DNA of 64,000 nucleotides from a bacterium (GTDB lineage Bacteria > Zhuqueibacterota > Zhuqueibacteria > Residuimicrobiales > Residuimicrobiaceae): positions 29,691-93,690 of the forward strand of contig DAOQAG010000009.1 of the NCBI GenBank assembly GCA_035353815.1, given 5' to 3'. A program made the position numbers and the translations under genes. The number at the start of each line of letters is the position of its first letter. Position 1 is the stretch's first letter. The notes beneath the pieces are model-generated. The model saw nothing but the letters and a program-made list of their open reading frames with translations, had not been told where the DNA came from and made no database searches. Shown piece after piece: positions 34,493 to 42,851 of the stretch.

Positions 34493-36412
34493 CTAGTGCT
34501 CGGTCCGGGTCATGCTTGCGAAATGGAGGGTAAGGGCATGACCCTGATACTCGAAATGGATCTCTTCGGGCTGGCGCCGGGCGCGGACATAATCGCTTTC
34601 ATAGCGCGGATAGTTCAGGTCCCGGATCTGGCCGTCAACGCTGAATTCCCCTGCATAGGTCAAAGATAGTGTTTTTTTGCCGCAACTAAAAGTCAGTTTG
34701 TGCTTCTGCCAGCTCACCTCCGCTGCATGCATGCGGCGGCAGAATTCACTGAAGGGTTCCTCGGCTGCGCGGCCCATGACGCAGATCCAGTAGCATTCGC
34801 GGCCCGCCTGGATCCACTCGACCAGGCCGTTTTGACGCAGCGGCACAGCCGTAAAAAAGGCCAGCCAGGCTTGCCCGTGGCGGGCTAGCAGCAGGTTGCC
34901 CTCCTGCCGCACCTCCTCGAAGCGCGCGGCGGGCAGATAGAGATGGGTATAGGGAATCACGGGCCGCTGCAGCAGTCCGGACCGTTCCGGCAGCAGATAA
35001 ATCGACAGATTGATATTCTCTTCCTGGACGGAATGGGGCAGGCAGCCGTTCCCCACCCATGTGCTGGGCGGCGGGATGCCTGCCGCGCTCTCCCCCGGCA
35101 GGATCTGCGGATGATTGTGAAAGAGGGCCAGGTCCGGCGCCAGGGTGGCACCGAAGATATGTTCCTGATGGCCGAAGGTGCCCGGGTGATAGGCTTGCGT
35201 CGTATAGAGGCTATAGTCGGGCGTGCGATAGGTATAGGTATTGGCCCGCAGCAGAGCGGTGCCGTTGGTCTGCGGGTTCAGGTGCCGGCTCAGGACGGGG
35301 TTAAGATGAAAGAGCCGCAGCGCAGTAAAGTTGAGCCAGCGGAACGGGTATAAAAATTCGTTGGTGAAAAGCGCATTGCGCTCGACCCAGGCCAGAGAGT
35401 TGTCAATAACCTCGGGATTGGAAAAGGCCGCCATCCCCCATTGCATCATGATCTGCCGATCCTCCGCGCCGATCAGTCCCGCCGCAGCCAGCTCATCGAG
35501 ATCCAGCCCCTGGGAGGCTTTGATGATCCGCGGCACCGGGTCCCTGCCGATCTCAAGCAGGACCTGCGGCACCCGATAGTTCTCGAGATCGAAAAAGTTG
35601 ATATCCATTCCAGTGGCCGGGCCCTGGGGGGCGGCATCCGTGAAAAGCGAGCGGGTAATCCGGCTGGTGGCTACCGCGGTGGCGGTCTTGCCATTTTCAT
35701 AGGCGCGGCCGCTGCTGGTGACGAACTGGCCCTGCCAGGATTGCGAAGCCAGGTCATAGAGGAGCAGATCAAGGATCATCCGGCTCCTGGCGACGATCTC
35801 CTGATCATTGCAGAAATCGATCAGATTGCACAGGGGGGCGATATCCTGCACATAGTAGGTATTGGAAAAGTACTCGCTGAAGCCGTAGCGCCAGCGCAGG
35901 TCGAGCCAGGCCAGAATCCGTTTTCGGGCCCGGACCATGTGTTCGCTGTCGCTGAGATCGGCATTGCTGAAAAAGGTCTGCGAATAATATTGCCCGGCCA
36001 GGTACTCCGCCGCGGCGAAGAGGATCTGGTGGTTTTCGCTCCAGAAGCACATACCGTCCTGCCCCGGTTCGTCCATCCCGTAGCGGAAGGCGGTGAGGGA
36101 ACGCTTGATCTCCGCGTGCATCGCGGGCGTGAGCAGTGCGGAGTGCGTATAGAGAATCCGCAGCAGGGACTGCAGGCGAAAATCGGCGCAGTCGTAGCGG
36201 CGGTCGATATAGTGACAGATCGCCTGGATCTCCTCCAGGCTGACCGCCTGGCCGTGATCCAGGTTCCAGAGTACCTTGTTCTCGGGAGTAGCCGCCGGAG
36301 CGGCGGGCAGGGCGGGAATGATCGGCATGCGTTCATTACGGACAAATTCGCCAAGCGTATAGCAAGAGAGAGCGACGAGCACGAGGAGCAGGATATGGCG
36401 GATTGTCTTCAT
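34493..36412 (-). CDS. uncharacterised exported protein (639 aa); possibly a polysaccharide-lyase-like toroid + beta-sandwich enzyme
   Basis: ATG at 36412. N-terminal signal/anchor MKTIRHILLLVLVALSCYTLG. Composition looks like a real protein throughout (CFWSENHQILFAAAEYLAGQYY, WRYGFSEYFSNTYYVQD, TFGHQEHIFGATL). Sits between the T9SS protein and the GH63-like gene. I cannot place the family. Confidence 0.7.
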   Translation of the reverse strand: MKTIRHILLLVLVALSCYTLGEFVRNERMPIIPALPAAPAATPENKVLWNLDHGQAVSLEEIQAICHYIDRRYDCADFRLQSLLRILYTHSALLTPAMHAEIKRSLTAFRYGMDEPGQDGMCFWSENHQILFAAAEYLAGQYYSQTFFSNADLSDSEHMVRARKRILAWLDLRWRYGFSEYFSNTYYVQDIAPLCNLIDFCNDQEIVARSRMILDLLLYDLASQSWQGQFVTSSGRAYENGKTATAVATSRITRSLFTDAAPQGPATGMDINFFDLENYRVPQVLLEIGRDPVPRIIKASQGLDLDELAAAGLIGAEDRQIMMQWGMAAFSNPEVIDNSLAWVERNALFTNEFLYPFRWLNFTALRLFHLNPVLSRHLNPQTNGTALLRANTYTYRTPDYSLYTTQAYHPGTFGHQEHIFGATLAPDLALFHNHPQILPGESAAGIPPPSTWVGNGCLPHSVQEENINLSIYLLPERSGLLQRPVIPYTHLYLPAARFEEVRQEGNLLLARHGQAWLAFFTAVPLRQNGLVEWIQAGRECYWICVMGRAAEEPFSEFCRRMHAAEVSWQKHKLTFSCGKKTLSLTYAGEFSVDGQIRDLNYPRYESDYVRARRQPEEIHFEYQGHALTLHFASMTRTEH

Positions 36413-36488
36413 GGATTCAGGATACCGTTGGTTGAGTGGCGTGCCGTCAGGGACGCGAGCGCGGCCGCGAGGTGCCACCACCGTGGAG

Positions 36489-36523
36489 TAAAAAGAGAGG
36501 CGCCGCTCATGCAGCCGACGCCT
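36489..36523 (-). terminator. possible (partial) intrinsic terminator after the T9SS-tailed protein gene
   Basis: On the minus strand the sequence is AGGCGTC-12 nt loop-GGCGCCT (7-bp stem with one G-U) followed by CTCTTTTTAC. It lies 60-90 nt downstream of stop 36582 and 77 nt upstream of the next start. Confidence 0.4.
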
Positions 36524-36581
36524 GTCCAGGGACCATTACACGGGGTGATACCGGATACGTATTTACGATTAGGAAAATAAT

Positions 36582-38198
36582 TTATTTGATCAGCGCCATC
36601 TTTTTAACCATCCGGCTCCCGCTCTGCGACAGCTCATAGAAATAGGTGCCGGAGGGGAGATTGCGTCCGTTGAAAATCGCCTGATAACGGCCGGCCGGCT
36701 GGACGGTGTTGACCAGAGTCGCGACCTCGTGCCCGCTGATGTCATAGATCCTGAGCATGACCTTGCCACGGGCTTCGAGGGTGTAGTGGATGACCGTCAT
36801 CGGATTGAAGGGATTGGGGTAGTTCTGGCCGAGGCTGAATTGTTCCGGATTGACACCGTTCTGCTCGACGCCGGTGATCGTCGAATTCCAGTTGGTGTCG
36901 CCGACGGGCAGCCGGTCCGAACCGACAAACGCCGGATTGCTGGTCGCATAGGAGCAATCGAGGGAATCGGACCAGAAATCGCGGGTATGACGATCCATAT
37001 CATACTCCGCGGTGGTGCTCGCAGCGATCTCGATCGGATTGGCATAGTACCAGTTATAGAGCGCGTACATGAACTTGGGGGCATTCTTCAGGGTCACTTC
37101 AGCATTGACATACGCCTGGGCCGAATCGGCGCCCATCAGTCCGCGGATGCGCTTGCTCAGAACCGGAGCTTCGACCACACCGTGATTCGCCCACACATCC
37201 TTGATGGCCTGTTCGGTATAGAACACATTGTGGTGAATCTCAAATTTGGGGGTGATCCCCTCATTGGGCTCGTCGCTGATTTCATACATCATCGGGTTAG
37301 CAGCGGCATCGACTTCGCCGTGGAGATCGAATTCAGCCCGGCGCCACTGATCGGTCGTGCTGAAGCCGAAAGCCATCGGGTTGATAAAGAGGTTGTTGGT
37401 CATCTTGAGGCCGGCCGCGCCGATATCGCCGACGTGGAACATGCCGAAGGCGCCCAGCCAGTGCATGAAGGTGCAGTGATCGAATTCCATATACTGCACG
37501 AAATTCTGCTTCTTGCTGGCATCGCGGTGACGGATGACGCGGTCACAGCCGTTGATCAGGGTGCAGTTGCGCACGATCAGGCTGTCGGTGGCGCCATCGC
37601 GGAAATCAATAAAACGGCCGTTGCCGAGGTTGTCGGCGGAGACCTGGCCCATGTTGGCGATCACCGTATTGGTGACTTTGACCAGGCGGGCACCGCTGTT
37701 GGAACGGATGGTGACCTGTCCGCAGTTGTTGAGGATACAGCCGTCCACGACCAGGACCTTGCCCGGCGCTGCAGCGCGCAGGAGCTGTCCGCCCATGCGC
37801 ACCAGAGGATCGGGAACTCCGGTATCGGCATTGGGACCCATGCCATCAAAGTAGATGTTATACAGATAGCAGTCATTGCTGGCGTTGAGCAAACGGGCGC
37901 CCAGGCTGCCGTCGGCCTGAGGATAGGCCACGACGCGGGGCATGGAGCCGCTCCCCGTCTCAGCCTTCAGCACCAGGGGATAGCCGATATTCTCGATATA
38001 GCCCTGGACGAAGTAGGTGGCGCCACGCTGCAGGACGTAAACGGAATCGGCCCGCTTGCCGTTGCTGAGGGTATCCGCGTTGATCAGATTATTGATAAAG
38101 CCGGCATTGGGATCCAGCACCTTGTCCGCAAATGCCGGGGCTGCGACGATCGCCAACAACATCATGATAACCAGGATGTAGCTCATTCTCGATTTCAT
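36582..38198 (-). CDS. secreted parallel-beta-helix-like protein with T9SS type-A C-terminal sorting domain, copy 2
   Basis: ATG at 38198 with GGAGGA 6 nt upstream. Signal peptide MKSRMSYILVIMMLLAIVAAPAFA. Beta-helix-like repeats (VVDGCILNNCG, VTNTVIANMG, GRFIDFRDGATDSLIVRNCTLINGC, EFDHCTF, MTNNLFIN). CTD is GQNYPNPFNPMTVIHY...GTYFYELSQSGSRMVKKMALIK. Confidence 0.87.
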   Translation of the reverse strand: MKSRMSYILVIMMLLAIVAAPAFADKVLDPNAGFINNLINADTLSNGKRADSVYVLQRGATYFVQGYIENIGYPLVLKAETGSGSMPRVVAYPQADGSLGARLLNASNDCYLYNIYFDGMGPNADTGVPDPLVRMGGQLLRAAAPGKVLVVDGCILNNCGQVTIRSNSGARLVKVTNTVIANMGQVSADNLGNGRFIDFRDGATDSLIVRNCTLINGCDRVIRHRDASKKQNFVQYMEFDHCTFMHWLGAFGMFHVGDIGAAGLKMTNNLFINPMAFGFSTTDQWRRAEFDLHGEVDAAANPMMYEISDEPNEGITPKFEIHHNVFYTEQAIKDVWANHGVVEAPVLSKRIRGLMGADSAQAYVNAEVTLKNAPKFMYALYNWYYANPIEIAASTTAEYDMDRHTRDFWSDSLDCSYATSNPAFVGSDRLPVGDTNWNSTITGVEQNGVNPEQFSLGQNYPNPFNPMTVIHYTLEARGKVMLRIYDISGHEVATLVNTVQPAGRYQAIFNGRNLPSGTYFYELSQSGSRMVKKMALIK

Positions 38199-38317
38199 TA
38201 CGTTTCCTCCGATGAAAGATTCTCCTACCGTAGTTTTGCAGAACAAAGAACCGCTCGCGAGACGTTCACCTCCTTGGCTTGGCAGAATGCCGCCCCGGCA
38301 TCTCCGCAGTGTACGGG

Positions 38318-41239
38318 TTAAAAGGTCATGCGCAAGCCCAGATCTCCGGTCATGCCGTTGATCGAGCCGCCCATATCAAGATGACGAAACGATGCATAGT
38401 TGCCTTCAATGACGTTGGTCAGGTTATTGACATTCATAAAGACCGCAAGGTGGTTGGTGATCTGCTGCTTGAGCGAAATGTCCCAACGATTGAAGCTCTT
38501 CTGATACTGATCCAGACGCTCCGACTGGCTGATGTAGGAGAGATAGGGCCCCTGGAAATAGACCGAGACGCGTCCGGAAAAACCGCCGATATCATAGCCG
38601 ACCGCAAGATTGCCCATATAATTGGTCTGCCCGGTCAGCGGCCTCTTGGTAAAATAATAGACCGGGGTCTGCTTGGGCGGGAAGGTGGTGGTGATATCGA
38701 GTTTGAACCGCGGATAGATCGTCTCCGACCAGATGCGCGAATAATTGCCGTTGACGATGATATTCTTCAGCAGACCGGGGAGAAATCCGAGATGGGTCTG
38801 CACTTCGAGCTCATATCCCCAGACCTTGGTGTCGGAGGTATTGACCGGCTCGCTCAGGGTGTATTGATTGAACGGACCATATTTCATCGGCAGCCCGATG
38901 CTTTTGGCATGGCTGTTGCCGGTGACGCGCACATCGTAGAGCCAGTAGAACATATCGTCGATCTCTTTGTAAAAGCCGGCCAGCGTGAGCAATCCGTACC
39001 GGGTCGAATAAAAGGACATGTTGGCGTCGTAATTGCGGGAGATGGCGGTTTTCAATTTGGGATTACGCCGTTCGATCACCCCCTCCTGGCGGTCGATGTA
39101 CAGGGCCGGCAGCCGCATCTGGAAATCGGGCCGGGCCAGAGCGCTGGTCACCGCGAAACGGATATCCCACCATTTGAAAGGCCGGATCCGCAGGTGGGCG
39201 CTGGGCAGCCAGAAGCCGTTCCGGAAGGTGGCAGTGCTGTCGGTGATGATGCCATGTTGCGCTTCGAACTGGCCGACGATTTCAGGGGCATATTTGGCGG
39301 TATAGGAGTTGTTTTCCTCTTCATAGCGGACACCGGCGATCAGGGTGAGAAACTGGCGCCAGCTCAGTTTGGTCATCATATAGCTCGAAGTGACATTCTC
39401 CTCGACCGAGTATTTATAGCGGTTGCTCTCGAGCAGATAGTTATATTCTTCGCGCATGCCGTCGAGGCTGATGCCGTTCTTGTTGAAATTGTACCATTGC
39501 CGCACCCGATCGGCATCGATCAGGGGATAAAGCCGGTATTCGCCATGAATCATGCGCGAGGAATAGGGCGGTCCTGAGAGAAAGTCGGTGAGGAGGCCGG
39601 TGTAGGGCGAATCCTCCCAATAGGTGCCCGTCCAGTCCTTGAGGACCTTTTCGCCCTGGTCGTTGAGGGTGTAGGCCTGGGTCGTGCGCAGCCAGTAGGG
39701 CCCCATCCACATATCGGCATCGCGGTGGCGGTCCTTGTTGCGATATTTGACTCCCGCCTTGATAAAACCGGCCAGACTGGAACTGAGGTGGAAGGATTTT
39801 TCCAGGTCCAGCTTGGCGACCAGGTTCTGGTCGTCGTTGGCGCTCTGGGTAAAATAATCGCGATCCAGCCCGGCCTTGTTAAAATTGTTTTGGGCATACG
39901 GAATCAGATACTTGCCGGGCATGCGCAGGGTATCGCGGCTGCCCACCGTGCGCATCCCCGAAACCATCGTCGTGGGCTCGTAGAAGCGCATTTGATGTTC
40001 GAAGGGCATCTCGCTCTGAGTTTTGGCATAGGCCAGTGACCAGTCCAGATCGAAGCCAAGGAGATGGTTTTCGCCGAGCAGGGAGCTGTTCATGGTCTTG
40101 ATGGTCATGTCGCGCACCGTCGCCTCGTAGCGCACGTCCGCACCGACCGGGTAGGTGCGGCCATAATCATTGGTATTGCGCGTGGTCTGGCTGTAGACGT
40201 TGATCTGTTTGATGTTGCCGCCGTCGGGGGTGTTATAGTCGAACGAGATTTCACCGCCGCTGCGTTTGCGGGTCTCCTCGATGTAACTGACCTTGAGGTT
40301 GGCGATGCGGTAATCCAGATTGGGGGGAATTTCCCAGGAGTCGATGAAGGTCTCGCTGCTGCGGTCCCGCTGCGAGGCGGAGGCCATGGCGCGCAGGCCG
40401 AGCTTGTTGCCGAAAAATCGGTTGCTGTAGCGGCCGCTAAAGTCGTATTGCTTGAAGGAGTTTTTCAGGTCGTTATAGCTCCCCACGGCATCGATCTGGA
40501 AGGCCTGGCCGGGCTCGGCCTTTCCGGTGATGAGATTCACCGTACCGGCGATGGCATCGGCATCCTTGTCCGGGGTGAGGGCCTTGTAGACCTCGATCCC
40601 CGCCAGGGCATTCTGCGACATCATGCTCAGATCGACGTCGCGGTTTTCGCTGTTGGTGGCCGGAATTTCGATGCCGTTGAGCGTGATCGTGGCGAATTTG
40701 GCATCGAGGCCGCGGATCAGGACTTTTTGCGCCTCGCCGCCGGAGCGCTGCACCGCGACACCGGGGAGCCGGCCGACGGCTTCGGCGGCGTTGGCATCGG
40801 GCAATTCCTGAATGCGTTCCTGCGACACCACATTGACGATCTGATCCGAGGCGATCTGCTGGTTGATCGCGGCCATCTGGCCTTCTCGCTGCGCCGTGAC
40901 CGTGACCTCTTTCATCGAGACCATCGCGTAATGCATCTGGATGTTCAGATTCAGTTTCTGCGCTTTGCTGAGGGAGATGGTCTTTTCGAAGCGGTCATAA
41001 CCGACGTAGGTGGCGGTCAGGACGAAGGAGCCCTCCGGGGCATTGGTAATACTGTACTTGCCATCCAGATCAGAGATGGTGCCGATGGCCGTCCCCTTGA
41101 GAAAGATATTGGCGCCCGGCAGCACTGTGCCGGTCGAACCATCCACCACTTTGCCCTGAATCTGACCGGCCCAGGCGGCCGCCTGTGTGATGAGCAGGAT
41201 CAGGACGGTGAGGAGAGCAGGAAGTTTTTTCAAGGTCAT
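38318..41239 (-). CDS. TonB-dependent receptor with CarboxypepD_reg-like domain, copy 2
   Basis: ATG at 41239 with AAGGAG 6 nt upstream; the track start 41242 is GTG. Signal peptide. GKVVDGSTGTVLPGANIFLKGTAIGTISDLDGKY. Plug motifs (ANAAEAVGRLPGVAVQRSGGEA, VLIRGLDAKF, AGIEVYKALTPDKDADAIAGTVNL). C-terminal ...GDLGLRMTF. Confidence 0.9.
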   Translation of the reverse strand: MTLKKLPALLTVLILLITQAAAWAGQIQGKVVDGSTGTVLPGANIFLKGTAIGTISDLDGKYSITNAPEGSFVLTATYVGYDRFEKTISLSKAQKLNLNIQMHYAMVSMKEVTVTAQREGQMAAINQQIASDQIVNVVSQERIQELPDANAAEAVGRLPGVAVQRSGGEAQKVLIRGLDAKFATITLNGIEIPATNSENRDVDLSMMSQNALAGIEVYKALTPDKDADAIAGTVNLITGKAEPGQAFQIDAVGSYNDLKNSFKQYDFSGRYSNRFFGNKLGLRAMASASQRDRSSETFIDSWEIPPNLDYRIANLKVSYIEETRKRSGGEISFDYNTPDGGNIKQINVYSQTTRNTNDYGRTYPVGADVRYEATVRDMTIKTMNSSLLGENHLLGFDLDWSLAYAKTQSEMPFEHQMRFYEPTTMVSGMRTVGSRDTLRMPGKYLIPYAQNNFNKAGLDRDYFTQSANDDQNLVAKLDLEKSFHLSSSLAGFIKAGVKYRNKDRHRDADMWMGPYWLRTTQAYTLNDQGEKVLKDWTGTYWEDSPYTGLLTDFLSGPPYSSRMIHGEYRLYPLIDADRVRQWYNFNKNGISLDGMREEYNYLLESNRYKYSVEENVTSSYMMTKLSWRQFLTLIAGVRYEEENNSYTAKYAPEIVGQFEAQHGIITDSTATFRNGFWLPSAHLRIRPFKWWDIRFAVTSALARPDFQMRLPALYIDRQEGVIERRNPKLKTAISRNYDANMSFYSTRYGLLTLAGFYKEIDDMFYWLYDVRVTGNSHAKSIGLPMKYGPFNQYTLSEPVNTSDTKVWGYELEVQTHLGFLPGLLKNIIVNGNYSRIWSETIYPRFKLDITTTFPPKQTPVYYFTKRPLTGQTNYMGNLAVGYDIGGFSGRVSVYFQGPYLSYISQSERLDQYQKSFNRWDISLKQQITNHLAVFMNVNNLTNVIEGNYASFRHLDMGGSINGMTGDLGLRMTF

Positions 41240-41344
41240 CACAACTCCTTTTGTTTTTTAAGGCACGGTGCCGGGGTATTTCCGGAATGCAGCCTGTAAA
41301 TCCCAGCAGGTGGAAGCGGATACCCGTGCTGAAAGGGACCCCGC

Positions 41345-41373
41345 ATAATAAGAACCGAAAAATTAGGCCGCAA
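41345..41373 (-). promoter_or_regulatory. candidate sigma70-type promoter for the TBDR-led array
   Basis: Minus strand reads TTGCGG - 17 nt - TATTAT (plus-strand CCGCAA at 41368-41373, ATAATA at 41345-41350). It sits in the AT-rich divergent region about 100 nt upstream of the TBDR ATG. Sequence match only. Confidence 0.4.
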
Positions 41374-41573
41374 GTAAATTAACGGTTAACCGAAAACGTA
41401 TTTTCGCATCTCAAAAATAATCTTGTTGTTTTTCGATATTTTGATTACCTTGTTTAACAAATGTTAATCGGGAGATTTATTACCATTTCCCGAACACTCT
41501 CCCTCCCCGATGGATCTCCCTGCAGGAATACAGGACAGGGGATCCGCAAGGCTCGCAGACGTCGCCCATACCG

Positions 41574-42851
41574 ATGAACAAGAACCACCTGAATATCCAG
41601 AAAGAGCTGGAAAAAAGCCTGTTCCAGAGCGAGGCCATACGCAACTCGCGGAACACCCAGCTTCTGTTGACCTATCTGCTGCAGTGCCAGGATAAAGGCA
41701 TCGTTCCGAAAGAGACGATGATCGCCCGCGAGGTCTTTGGCAAAGACCAGCATTTTAATCCGGGTGAAGACCCTCTGGTCCGGGTTCATATTCACAATCT
41801 GCGTAAAAAGCTGGAAGAGTATTACCGGGAGGAAGGGCGGAAAGACCGGTACCGGCTGGAGATTCCCAAGGGGCAGTATGTCATCCACATCATCGATCAG
41901 ACCGAGAGCAAGCAGATCGGTACCTGGATCCGCGCGCACACCGGATGGCTGCAGGTTTATCCCCTGTTGTTGGTGCTGATGACCTGCATCGCTTCAGGAC
42001 TGCTGATCTACGCCGTAAGCCTGCATAAGGAAGTGAAGAAATACCGCTGTGTCGATATCGATGATGCGATCTGGGGTGATTTTCTCAAGTCCCGCAACGA
42101 GACCATGATCGTCTGCGGCGATCACTTTTTCTACAATATCAACATCAACTACCAGAATCGTTCGGTCCATATCCGCGACACCTGGATCAACTCCGCGGAA
42201 GACATGAAATATCTGATCTTTCCGGACAACACCACCACCGCCCAGCCTTCCGATCAAACCTATTTTCCCTTCGGCACGGTGTGGTCGCTTCCGAGCATCG
42301 TCAAGCTGCTGAATTCTTCGCCGCGGCAGATCGTTCTGCGCAGTTCATCGCAGTTGACTCCCAATGTTATCGAAGAACAGAATGTGGTCTATATCGGCAA
42401 TATCAAATCCCTCGGGATCCTGCAGCATTACATCGAGCAGGCCCATCTCGCCTATGATATCCGCCAGCGCATCCTGTACCACTTCTCCCCCGCTGACACC
42501 CTGCGCTTCAACGCCGAAGCCAACGAGGATGTCTATCACACCGATTACGCCTTCATCATCAAGTATGAAGGTCCGCGCGGCAATGCCATCCTGATCACGG
42601 CCGGATTTTTCACCATCGGGCTCAAGGAAGCCTGCCGTTACCTCACCGAACCGGAACTCCTGCCGCAGCTCGAGCAGCTGCTCATCACCTCCTGCGGCCG
42701 TGTCCCGAAAAACTTTCTGGTGGTGCTCAAGGTTTCCGGAATCCGGCAAGCGATCATCGAATCCAGATTCGCCCTGGTCGAAGCGCTGACGCCGGTCAAC
42801 TCGCCGGCGCCGCACTCCGCCGCCAATCCGCTTCTTAGTCCAGTTCCTTGA
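41574..42851 (+). CDS. membrane-bound one-component regulator: N-terminal OmpR/CadC-type winged helix, one TM, about 270-aa extracytoplasmic domain of unknown family
   Basis: The N-terminus fits the Trans_reg_C pattern ([75 protein letters not shown]). The TM is [26 protein letters not shown]. The rest is not recognised. The upstream in-frame region is closed by TGA at 41442-41444 and has no other ATG/GTG. Visibly lower GC than its neighbours. Confidence 0.75.
   Translation: MNKNHLNIQKELEKSLFQSEAIRNSRNTQLLLTYLLQCQDKGIVPKETMIAREVFGKDQHFNPGEDPLVRVHIHNLRKKLEEYYREEGRKDRYRLEIPKGQYVIHIIDQTESKQIGTWIRAHTGWLQVYPLLLVLMTCIASGLLIYAVSLHKEVKKYRCVDIDDAIWGDFLKSRNETMIVCGDHFFYNININYQNRSVHIRDTWINSAEDMKYLIFPDNTTTAQPSDQTYFPFGTVWSLPSIVKLLNSSPRQIVLRSSSQLTPNVIEEQNVVYIGNIKSLGILQHYIEQAHLAYDIRQRILYHFSPADTLRFNAEANEDVYHTDYAFIIKYEGPRGNAILITAGFFTIGLKEACRYLTEPELLPQLEQLLITSCGRVPKNFLVVLKVSGIRQAIIESRFALVEALTPVNSPAPHSAANPLLSPVP

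Noticed and set aside
36537-36558. Third occurrence of GGTGATACC (as in the 25-bp GH28/GH92 repeat), considered as evidence for a dispersed element
   Set aside because: Only a 9-mer is shared. One chance occurrence in 128 kb of two-strand sequence is expected.
41454-41939. 161-aa minus-strand ORF in the regulator region
   Set aside because: It is antisense to the winged-helix coding segment, whose OmpR/CadC-like pattern is convincing. It has no RBS or motif.
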